Origin: Mizuhopecten yessoensis
Lineage: Eukaryota
Direction of reading: 5' to 3'
DNA length: 64,000 nt
Assembly (NCBI RefSeq): GCF_002113885.1
Contig: NW_018406858.1
Coordinates: 499,363-563,362 of the forward strand
Made by a program: the position numbers and the translations under genes. Below the pieces are notes generated by a model that had not been told where the DNA came from, searched no databases, and was given only the letters and a program-made list of their open reading frames with translations. Position 1 is the first letter of the stretch. The number at the start of each line of letters is the position of its first letter. Shown here one piece after another: positions 25,201 to 37,200 of the stretch.

Positions 25201-28200
25201 GATTACCTGACAAGAAACTATGATTATAAAGGTAGGTTTACCATGGCAGCTTCTGGAACTTTCTCTATTAGACGCTTCATAGGAGTAAACCCATCTTCAT
25301 CTCTCATTTCCATACTGTCTCTCCAGCTGTAAAGATAATGGTCGCATGGGCATTACAGGTTTACAGCATGCAGTACACAACAGCCTGTATCATAGATCTG
25401 TCCTCAACAGTTATATTGAGATGAATATGTGTTTGCTGGTGATTAGTATCAAAATATATACTCAACCAAAACAAAGCTTTGATAACAGTTCTTAAATTTA
25501 AATTTTACCTTCACATCCATCTTCACATTTGTCCCTTACAAGTGACCTTGAACTTTGATATTGACCTTCGTGTACACATGATTGAAGATAAGAAAGCATG
25601 GAGGTTTTTTTTCTTTATTAACGCTTGACAGGAGCTGACCCTAAAGGTGTGCTGCTCTAGTGGCAAGGTACCTTTGTCTCAAAAACTCCAGTTAAAAATT
25701 TGAGTGAAAATTTAAAAGCAGAAAGACAATCATTTCAAAAAGAAAATGTGCGGTCTGTGAAATGAGTCCTCACCTACAGTGTTTCAGCATCTCTATGACA
25801 ACATCTGTGTACTTGTTTTCAATAGCAGCATCCAAAGGTGTCTTGCCATAGCTGTTTCTGCATGTGACCTTGGCGTTACGGGATAATAACAGTTTGGCAG
25901 TGTCTGCATGTCCATGATACGCAGCTATATGGAGAGGCGTGTTCTGTGGCAGAAAGGATATTTTTGTAATTTTAAGATTAATCTGTATCATTCTGTAGAT
26001 CATATGTAAGGGCTATCATCATTTGTTTAATTTTACGTCAAATAGACATGAGAGGAGAGTTGTCAACTAGTCAATTATTTACTCTGACATTTTCATTGAC
26101 TTGCCGTAACATTGAGATTGGTTCACCTTGACCTTAAACTTGTCACTGGTTTACTTTGACCTTATCATCAAATGGCCTTGACCTTGTCACTGATTTATAT
26201 TGACATCATCACTGATTTACCTGACCTTGTCATTAATTTACTGAATTATCTCAATACTGATTTACCTGGAACTTGTCAGTTATTTACCTTGACATTTTCA
26301 TTTATTTGCCTTGACTTTGTCACCAATTTACCTTGAGCTTGTCACTAATCGGCCTTGACCTTGGGACTGATTTACATTGACCTTACCAATGATTTACCTT
26401 GACCATGTCTTTGATTAACCTTGACATTGTCTTTGATTTACCTTGACCTTGTCACTGTGATTAATTTCTGCATAGTTTTCCAGCAGGAGCCTGACCAGCT
26501 TGGTGTGTCCAGCAGCTGTAGCCAGCATGGTAGCCGTTCTGTATTCTTCATCCCTGTTATGACATGTAACTCATAGTTAATTACACCAACTTTTAAGGGT
26601 CATCTCAAGATAAACATACAAACTTCTTAGACAACCACACCAACAGGGACCTCACTGTATAGTGGACACTCATACAATTTAGATCACCTGATGTTTCTAT
26701 TTCCTTGCAGTTATACATTTATCAACTAAATAAGCTTTTTCACCTGGTTTATGAGTTTTAAGCAGTGACTGTGACTACCTACTTCATAGACAGGTCAGCT
26801 CCGTGGTACAGGAGAGCCTGTGCTGTGTTGTAGTTTCCTGTCTCGGCCGCTATCATGATGGGTGTTTTACCATCACTGTCCATGTCATTGAGCTCTGTTT
26901 GACTGGCCTGCATCAGAATATCAATCACCTTTGAGTTGCTGTACCTAGAACAGAGAATTCCGTCATCAGTAACCTTTGTGTTACTGTATCTAGTCGTGTT
27001 ACTGTGGCTGGCCACCATCAATGCTGGCCAGATTAAATACTGTTTAGGAATAACTTCCATAAAAAAACACTACCTTATCTGGTGATACTTACTCAGCAGC
27101 TATATGTAATGGTGTTTTGCCATTCTGATCTCTGGCATCCAATCTACAGCGGTGCTTCAGAAGTGCGTTAAGAATCTGTTTTAACAAAAATGCACATGAA
27201 TTTAAACTCAAAATCATCCACATGTGTTCACTGTACCGGTGTATTAAGGCTCCTCGTACCACTGCAAAAAAAAAAATACACATCATGTAAGTGATGGAAA
27301 CTGATTTGTTCAGTATGACTATAGCTTTGATCAATCGTTTGTGAACCCCACCCTAACATCTTACCCACCACCAACAAACTCCCAACATACCAACATGTCC
27401 CCCAGCCTGGCTGCATAGTGAAGGGCTGTCTGGTCCCTCTGGTCCAAACATTCCATTACAGAAGCACAGCCATTCTGGAAAGAAGGAATAAGTTAAAATA
27501 TCCGATAGTGATGATATTTCTAGTAGCTGACGGAGAATGATCTCATAGCAGCCTTGCTTCCTGGAGTGAGGTCTTTGTTGTCACTGAAGTAAGGTATTTT
27601 TTGTCAATGAAGTAAGGTATTTCTGGTCACTGAAGTAAGGTCTTTCTTGTCACTGAAGTAAGGTGTTTCTGGTCACTGAAGTAAGGTGTTTCTGGTCACT
27701 GAAGTAAGGTCTTTGTTGTCACTGAAGTAAGGTCTTTCTTGTCACTGAAGTAAGGTCTTTCTTGTCACTGAAGTAAGGTCTTTCTTGTCACTGAAGTAAG
27801 GTCTTTCTTGTCACTGAAGTAAGGTCTTTCTTGTCACTGAAGTAAGGTCTTTCTTGTCACTGAAGTAAGGTCTTTCTTGTCACTGAAGTAAGGTCTTTCT
27901 TGTCACTGAAGTAAGGTCTTTCTTGTCACTGAAGTAAGGTCTTTCTTGTCACTGAAGTAAGGTCTTTCTTGTCACTGAAGTAAGGTCTTTCTTGTCACTG
28001 AAGTAAGGTCTTTCTTGTCACTGAAGTAAGGTCTTTCTTGTCACTGAAGTAAGGTCTTTCTTGTCACTGAAGTAAGGTCTTTCTTGTCACTGAAGTAAGG
28101 TCTTTCTTGTCACTGAAGTAAGGTCTTTCTTGTCACTGAAGTAAGGTCTTTCTTGTCACTGAAGTAAGGTCTTTCTTGTCACTGAAGTAAGGTCTTTCTT

Positions 28201-31200
28201 GTCACTGAAGTAAGGTCTTTCTTGTCACTGAAGTAAGGTCTTTCTTGTCACTGAAGTAAGGTCTTTCTTGTCACTGAAGTAAGGTCTTTCTTGTCACTGA
28301 AGTAAGGTCTTTCTTGTCACTGAAGTAAGGTCTTTCTTGTCACTGAAGTAAGGTCTTTCTTGTCACTGAAGTAAGGTCTTTCTTGTCACTGAAGTAAGGT
28401 CTTTCTTGTCACTGAAGTAAGGTCTTTCTTGTCACTGAAGTAAGGTCTTTCTTGTCACTGAAGTAAGGTCTTTCTTGTCACTGAAGTAAGGTCTTTCTTG
28501 TCACTGAAGTAAGGTCTTTCTTGTCACTGAAGTAAGGTCTTTCTTGTCACTGAAGTAAGGTCTTTCTTGTCACTGAAGTAAGGTCTTTCTTGTCACTGAA
28601 GTAAGGTCTTTCTTGTCACTGAAGTAAGGTCTTTCTTGTCACTGAAGTAAGGTCTTTCTTGTCACTGAAGTAAGGTCTTTCTTGTCACTGAAGTAAGGTC
28701 TTTCTTGTCACTGAAGTAAGGTCTTTCTTGTCACTGAAGTAAGGTCTTTCTTGTCACTGAAGTAAGGTCTTTCTTGTCACTGAAGTAAGGTCTTTCTTGT
28801 CACTGAAGTAAGGTCTTTCTTGTCACTGAAGTAAGGTCTTTCTTGTCACTGAAGTAAGGTCTTTGTTGTCACTGAAGTAAGGTCTTTCTTGTCACTGAAG
28901 TAAGGTCTTTCTTGTCACTGAAGTAAGGTCTTTCTTGTCACTGAAGTAAGGTCTTTCTTGTCACTGAAGTAAGGTCTTTCTTGTCACTGAAGTAAGGTCT
29001 TTCTTGTCACTGAAGTAAGGTCTTTCTTGTCACTGAAGTAAGGTCTTTCTTGTCACTGAAGTAAGGTCTTTCTTGTCACTGAAGTAAGGTCTTTCTTGTC
29101 ACTGAAGTAAGGTCTTTCTTGTCACTGAAGTAAGGTCTTTCTTGTCACTGAAGTAAGGTCTTTCTTGTCACTGAAGTAAGGTCTTTCTTGTCACTGAAGT
29201 AAGGTCTTTCTTGTCACTGAAGTAAGGTCTTTCTTGTCACTGAAGTAAGGTCTTTCTTGTCACTGAAGTAAGGTCTTTCTTGTCACTGAAGTAAGGTCTT
29301 TCTTGTCACTGAAGTAAGGTCTTTCTTGTCACTGAAGTAAGGTGTTTCTTGTCACTGAAGTAAGGTGTTTCTGGTCACTGAAGTAAGGTGTTTCTTGTCA
29401 CTGAAGTAAGCTTTTTGTTGTCACTGAAGTAAGGTCTTTGTTGTCACTGAATAAGGTCTTTCTTGTCATTGAAGTAGGTTCTTTCTTGTCACTGGAGTAG
29501 GTTCTTTCTTGTCACTGAAGTAGGTTCTTTCTTGGCACTGAAGTAAGGTCTTTCTGGTCACTGAAGTAAGGTCTTTCTTGTCACTGAAGTAAGGTCTTTC
29601 TTGTCACTGAAGTAAGGTCTTTCTTGTCACTGAAGTAAGGTCTTTCTTGTCACTGAAGTAAGGTCTTTCTTGTCACTGAAGTAAGGTCTTTCTTGTCACT
29701 GAAGTAAGGTCTTTCTTGTCACTGAAGTAAGGTCTTTCTTGTCACTGAAGTAAGGTCTTTCTTGTCACTGAAGTAAGGTCTTTCTTGTCACTGAAGTAAG
29801 GTCTTTCTTGTCACTGAAGTAAGGTCTTTCTTGTCACTGAAGTAAGGTCTTTCTTGTCACTGAAGTAAGGTCTTTCTTGTCACTGAAGTAAGGTCTTTCT
29901 TGTCACTGAAGTAAGGTCTTTCTTGTCACTGAAGTAAGGTCTTTCTTGTCACTGAAGTAAGGTCTTTCTTGTCACTGAAGTAAGGTCTTTCTTGTCACTG
30001 AAGTAAGGTCTTTCTTGTCACTGAAGTAAGGTCTTTCTTGTCACTGAAGTAAGGTCTTTCTTGTCACTGAAGTAAGGTCTTTCTTGTCACTGAAGTAAGG
30101 TCTTTCTTGTCACTGAAGTAAGGTCTTTCTTGTCACTGAAGTAAGGTCTTTCTTGTCACTGAAGTAAGGTCTTTCTTGTCACTGAAGTAAGGTCTTTCTT
30201 GTCACTGAAGTAAGGTCTTTCTTGTCACTGAAGTAAGGTCTTTCTTGTCACTGAAGTAAGGTCTTTCTTGTCACTGAAGTAAGGTCTTTCTTGTCACTGA
30301 AGTAAGGTCTTTCTTGTCACTGAAGTAAGGTCTTTCTTGTCACTGAAGTAAGGTCTTTCTTGTCACTGAAGTAAGGTCTTTCTTGTCACTGAAGTAAGGT
30401 CTTTCTTGTCACTGAAGTAAGGTCTTTCTTGTCACTGAAGTAAGGTCTTTCTTGTCACTGAAGTAAGGTCTTTCTTGTCACTGAAGTAAGGTCTTTCTTG
30501 TCACTGAAGTAAGGTCTTTCTTGTCACTGAAGTAAGGTCTTTCTTGTCACTGAAGTAAGGTCTTTCTTGTCACTGAAGTAAGGTCTTTCTTGTCACTGAA
30601 GTAAGGTCTTTCTTGTCACTGAAGTAAGGTCTTTCTTGTCACTGAAGTAAGGTCTTTCTTGTCACTGAAGTAAGGTCTTTCTTGTCACTGAAGTAAGGTC
30701 TTTCTTGTCACTGAAGTAAGGTCTTTCTTGTCACTGAAGTAAGGTCTTTCTTGTCACTGAAGTAAGGTCTTTCTTGTCACTGAAGTAAGGTCTTTCTTGT
30801 CACTGAAGTAAGGTCTTTCTTGTCACTGAAGTAAGGTCTTTCTTGTCACTGAAGTAAGGTCTTTCTTGTCACTGAAGTAAGGTCTTTCTTGTCACTGAAG
30901 TAAGGTCTTTCTTGTCACTGAAGTAAGGTCTTTCTTGTCACTGAAGTAAGGTCTTTCTTGTCACTGAAGTAAGGTCTTTCTTGTCACTGAAGTAAGGTCT
31001 TTCTTGTCACTGAAGTAAGGTCTTTCTTGTCACTGAAGTAAGGTCTTTCTTGTCACTGAAGTAAGGTCTTTCTTGTCACTGAAGTAAGGTCTTTCTTGTC
31101 ACTGAAGTAAGGTCTTTCTTGTCACTGAAGTAAGGTCTTTCTTGTCACTGAAGTAAGGTCTTTCTTGTCACTGAAGTAAGGTCTTTCTTGTCACTGAAGT

Positions 31201-34200
31201 AAGGTCTTTCTTGTCACTGAAGTAAGGTCTTTCTTGTCACTGAAGTAAGGTCTTTCTTGTCACTGAAGTAAGGTCTTTCTTGTCACTGAAGTAAGGTCTT
31301 TCTTGTCACTGAAGTAAGGTCTTTCTTGTCACTGAAGTAAGGTCTTTCTTGTCACTGAAGTAAGGTCTTTCTTGTCACTGAAGTAAGGTCTTTCTTGTCA
31401 CTGAAGTAAGGTCTTTCTTGTCACTGAAGTAAGGTCTTTCTTGTCACTGAAGTAAGGTCTTTCTTGTCACTGAAGTAAGGTCTTTCTTGTCACTGAAGTA
31501 AGGTCTTTCTTGTCACTGAAGTAAGGTCTTTCTTGTCACTGAAGTAAGGTCTTTCTTGTCACTGAAGTAAGGTCTTTCTTGTCACTGAAGTAAGGTCTTT
31601 CTTGTCACTGAAGTAAGGTCTTTCTTGTCACTGAAGTAAGGTCTTTCTTGTCACTGAAGTAAGGTCTTTCTTGTCACTGAAGTAAGGTCTTTCTTGTCAC
31701 TGAAGTAAGGTCTTTCTTGTCACTGAAGTAAGGTCTTTCTTGTCACTGAAGTAAGGTCTTTCTTGTCACTGAAGTAAGGTCTTTCTTGTCACTGAAGTAA
31801 GGTCTTTCTTGTCACTGAAGTAAGGTCTTTCTTGTCACTGAAGTAAGGTCTTTCTTGTCACTGAAGTAAGGTCTTTCTTGTCACTGAAGTAAGGTCTTTC
31901 TTGTCACTGAAGTAAGGTCTTTCTTGTCACTGAAGTAAGGTCTTTCTTGTCACTGAAGTAAGGTCTTTCTTGTCACTGAAGTAAGGTCTTTCTTGTCACT
32001 GAAGTAAGGTCTTTCTTGTCACTGAAGTAAGGTCTTTCTTGTCACTGAAGTAAGGTCTTTCTTGTCACTGAAGTAAGGTCTTTCTTGTCACTGAAGTAAG
32101 GTCTTTCTTGTCACTGAAGTAAGGTCTTTCTTGTCACTGAAGTAAGGTCTTTCTTGTCACTGAAGTAAGGTCTTTCTTGTCACTGAAGTAAGGTCTTTCT
32201 TGTCACTGAAGTAAGGTCTTTCTTGTCACTGAAGTAAGGTCTTTCTTGTCACTGAAGTAAGGTCTTTCTTGTCACTGAAGTAAGGTCTTTCTTGTCACTG
32301 AAGTAAGGTCTTTCTTGTCACTGAAGTAAGGTCTTTCTTGTCACTGAAGTAAGGTCTTTCTTGTCACTGAAGTAAGGTCTTTCTTGTCACTGAAGTAAGG
32401 TCTTTCTTGTCACTGAAGTAAGGTCTTTCTTGTCACTGAAGTAAGGTCTTTCTTGTCACTGAAGTAAGGTCTTTCTTGTCACTGAAGTAAGGTCTTTCTT
32501 GTCACTGAAGTAAGGTCTTTCTTGTCACTGAAGTAAGGTCTTTCTTGTCACTGAAGTAAGGTCTTTCTTGTCACTGAAGTAAGGTCTTTCTTGTCACTGA
32601 AGTAAGGTCTTTCTTGTCACTGAAGTAAGGTCTTTCTTGTCACTGAAGTAAGGTCTTTCTTGTCACTGAAGTAAGGTCTTTCTTGTCACTGAAGTAAGGT
32701 CTTTCTTGTCACTGAAGTAAGGTCTTTCTTGTCACTGAAGTAAGGTCTTTCTTGTCACTGAAGTAAGGTCTTTCTTGTCACTGAAGTAAGGTCTTTCTTG
32801 TCACTGAAGTAAGGTCTTTCTTGTCACTGAAGTAAGGTCTTTCTTGTCACTGAAGTAAGGTCTTTCTTGTCACTGAAGTAAGGTCTTTCTTGTCACTGAA
32901 GTAAGGTCTTTCTTGTCACTGAAGTAAGGTCTTTCTTGTCACTGAAGTAAGGTCTTTCTTGTCACTGAAGTAAGGTCTTTCTTGTCACTGAAGTAAGGTC
33001 TTTCTTGTCACTGAAGTAAGGTCTTTCTTGTCACTGAAGTAAGGTCTTTCTTGTCACTGAAGTAAGGTCTTTCTTGTCACTGAAGTAAGGTCTTTCTTGT
33101 CACTGAAGTAAGGTCTTTCTTGTCACTGAAGTAAGGTCTTTCTTGTCACTGAAGTAAGGTCTTTCTTGTCACTGAAGTAAGGTCTTTCTGGTCACTGAAG
33201 TAAGGTCTTTCTGGTCACTGAAGTAAGGTATTTCTGGTCACTGAAGTAAGGTCTTTCTGGTCACTGAAGTAAGGTATTTCTGGTCACTGAAGTAAGGTCT
33301 TTCTGGTCACTGAAGTAAGGTATTTCTGGTCACTGAAGTAAGGTCTTTCTGGTCACTGAAGTAAGGTATTTCTGGTCACTGAAGTAAGGTCTTTCTGGTC
33401 ACTGAAGTAAGGTATTTCTGGTCACTGAAGTAAGGTCTTTCTGGTCACTGAAGTAAGGTATTTCTGGTCACTGAAGTAAGGTCTTTCTGGTCACTGAAGT
33501 AAGGTATTTCTGGTCACTGAAGTAAGGTCTTTCTGGTCACTGAAGTAAGGTGTTTCTTGTCACTGATGTAAGGTCTTTCTGGTCACTGAAGTAAGGTGTT
33601 TCTTGTCACTGAAGTAGGTTCTTTCTTGTCACTGAAGTAAGTTCTGTCTTGTCAATGAAGCAAGGTCTTTTATTGATGTCCTTTTTTCTATTACATGTAG
33701 CTGGGTTATGATGACTAAGTTTTCAAAACTTTTTTTTTTAATCTTTTAAGATATATTTTGTATTTTAGGGCTATTCTAGTAATAAGAGAACTTCTTTCTA
33801 TAAAACTGACTTCTTGCTAGTAGCAAAGAGAAGATCTTCCTTTTATCATACCTACATGTACTTCTACAGGTAATGGTCATATGTATTTCGTTAATCGAAG
33901 GAAGACTTAATACCTGTATCCTGTTTGCCATTCATACTGAAGTACGAGAGGGTCTTGTATTTGCCATGCTTGTTTCTTGTATTAAGAGGAATTAAGGTAT
34001 TGTAATGGTCATACACTGTTTGTTGCAGTATGAGTGGGCTATTTCTTGTAGCGATGCTTACCTCCAGTAGCTGGGTGATGACCTCAGGGTGTCCATTCTG
34101 AACAGCTATGTGGAGGGCAGATCTACAGGTCTGATCCACCTCACTAATCTTAGCTCCATTTTTAAGCAGAAAGTTTGTTGTCTGGACGTGACCTTTCCAG

Positions 34201-37200
34201 CACGCCAACATCAAGGGAGTCATTTGGTCCTCACTCTTCACATTTACATCTCCACCCTATACAACCAGTGTAAAAGTTAGGTTATATATACAAACATAGA
34301 CAGCGAAACTGAACACTAACTTCATGCTTTTATGTGGTCCACCAATAGATTCCCAAGGTGTTTGGACCAATGAAAGGTACCGTTTCTCAGCTGTTGGATG
34401 CTGAGGGTATGGTTTGTTTGATGGCTTAAACATCTAGGTGAAATGTTTTGGCATACATTGTCTGCACAAGCACAAAATAAGTGTTTCATGACCTAATATT
34501 TGTTAATTTGATGTCGCAGCCTGAAATATTTATCAAATCGATTTCTTAATTCAGCCATTGTTGGTATTATCACTAAGAAGTTTACAGCCCATACCTGTTG
34601 TACAATCAGGGAATACACTGTAATGAGATTTATTCCTTTCGGTCATTCTTGTAAGATGTTCCAACGACCTGTCCATTGGGAGCTCTTACCTTGTTCCTTT
34701 GGAATTCTTACCTTGTTCATGAGGACCTCTTACCTTGTTCATGAGGAGCTCTTACCTTGTTCCTTTGGAATTCTTACCTTGTTCATATGAAGCTCTTACC
34801 TTGTTGATGAGGAGCTCCACAATCTGATACCTGTTGTACATTGCAGCTCTAAAACAAAGAAAACATTGTTTGTACATTAACTGTCTTATAAGAGGTTAAC
34901 TTTTATGTGACAGCTTTTAATTGTACATAGGGTTTCTGACCTCAATCTTTGCGCTAGGAGGAAATTGCCTTTAGCTCATTGACAGAGCAGCAGACTGGGA
35001 AGCTAGGGTTGTTGGTTAAATCCCTGGTAGAGAAGCACATTATTCTCTTCCTTGTTACATTTGTATATCAGTGTATGCAGACAACACAGTTTTACCAGCA
35101 CATTCAGACAAAAAACTCGTAAGGTATTGAGCAAGAAATTCACTCAAATATATCATTATTGCTTGAAAACAAATTTTCAATTTCATTTCAGTTTCAGTTC
35201 TAGCTTAGAATGTCCAGTTATATTTTGGATAGTATCTCCCTTGTAACAGTTCCCGAATAAGAGTAAGAATATATACCTGTGCAAGATCCCTGTATGTACC
35301 TGTACAATATACCTGTGTTTACCTGTGTATGGCTGTCATGTGTTCTTTGTCCCTCTTACTTATGATGGCCTTGTGCGTTAGTAGCAGTTCGGCAATTGGT
35401 ACGTTGCCATTAACAGCAGCCATATGTAATGGGGCTGAATGGGAGCCCTACAACAACACACAGACATTGACATTCTTAGTAAGCACGTGTTGACAGATAG
35501 ATAACAGATTGAGGTACTTGTAAATATAACATACTTCATAGACATTGATTCAAAATCAACACTACTGACCAGTACTTCAGAGAAGTTTTCCATCTGTGAC
35601 ACAATAGCATCATATATATACACACACATGGCGTAAAGGACATTCTGACATGATTTTATGGTCCTATATTTTCCATCTTCTACCCTGATTTTACTGACAG
35701 ACCCTCAAAACCAAACAAATTAAATACAATTATCACTGACAGAGACACAATACATCATGCATGAGGGTGCGGGATGAGAAAACAATTCCTTATGTAATGG
35801 AAGAAAGATGTATCTGTAGCAAACTGGGAGGTCTGTGAATTGTTGACTTTGTGCCAGTTACAGTCTAACACGTAGCAATCTGACAAATACAATCAAATAC
35901 AGCATCCCATCAGAGTGTTTGGAATGGTGCAAACATCAAACACTTGTACCCTCAAGTGATCAGACAGATGTCCAAGTGATCAGACAGTTATCAAAGATTA
36001 CCTCCAAGTGATCAGACAGATATGAGAGGTTATACTGAAGTGATCTTTTTTTGACAACCTGGTGATCAATTTTAAAGTTTGTTATTAATGGTTGTGTATA
36101 TGAAGAGAAACAAACAATTTTGACAAATACAATTAAATTGAGTCTTCTGCAAGGTATTGACATTTAAGAGAGAGACAACATCTGGTAGAGAACCAATTTT
36201 TAATCATTAGGTTATTGACTCTCATTATAGTTTTGTGTTAGGCACTTCATCTTTGAACTTAGTATAAGGTCTTTGGGAAATTCATATAAATCTTCCATCC
36301 AATTCAATATTAGATAATGTTAGATTATAAACGGTGTGAAAACACAAAAGCAAGCAAAAATTTGAAAACTTGTTTATACAGTAAGGGTTTAAGTATGGTC
36401 TGGAAGCTACAAATACCATACAACAATTAGGGTAGTCAACAGCAAATTATAGCGAATCAAATAGTTACAATAGTTTACTACAATTGTAACACATGCTGAA
36501 CACTTACCTCAATCTGTGCGATGCAGGAAGTAATAGTAATTAGTTTTTTATATAAATATATACAAGATGGGCGAAAAGCGCTAGCTGATTATAGTCTTCG
36601 TGTTTTGTTTTATTTATAATTTTACCGTCACATGGACATTTAAAACTATTTATCGCAAGATGTTATGTTTAGAAACTTAGAATTAAAATAAATTAAATGA
36701 AAAATTACAAACAAAAGAAATTCGGTACTGTCCTACACAGGTACATGTACCTCTTCTTACACTTCATTTGTGTATGAAGTGAATTGTTTAATGAAGATAA
36801 ACCAAGTTCTAGGATATCAGATTAAAATTGAAAGATTTTTAGAATAGTTGTCTCGAAAAGTTGTAATTCTCAAAATGCACAAAGGGCAATAACTCTCTAC
36901 AAGCTTATAGGAGCACTGTGTGCGATACACAAATAGTTGATAATTTGTTTTTATGTATGTCTGAAGTTTTCATGCAGAAACAAACCAAACAGACAAAGCT
37001 GTTTGCTAACTATATATATATATATATAGGTTTTAAACAATATTGCCCTTTGCCTTATACTTGTACCATGTACTATATGAATTGTAGTTGCTAAGACAAC
37101 TCATGAAAATGTGCAGAAACAAATAAGTAACAGACAGATCCTACACCAACAAAATTGGTGTTATAGAAAATATGTATGAAAAAATATAAAATCTATATTA

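Noticed and set aside
34967-35040. Possible tRNA gene
   Set aside because: Stems do not form a cloverleaf; only degenerate A/B boxes, so treated as a SINE remnant
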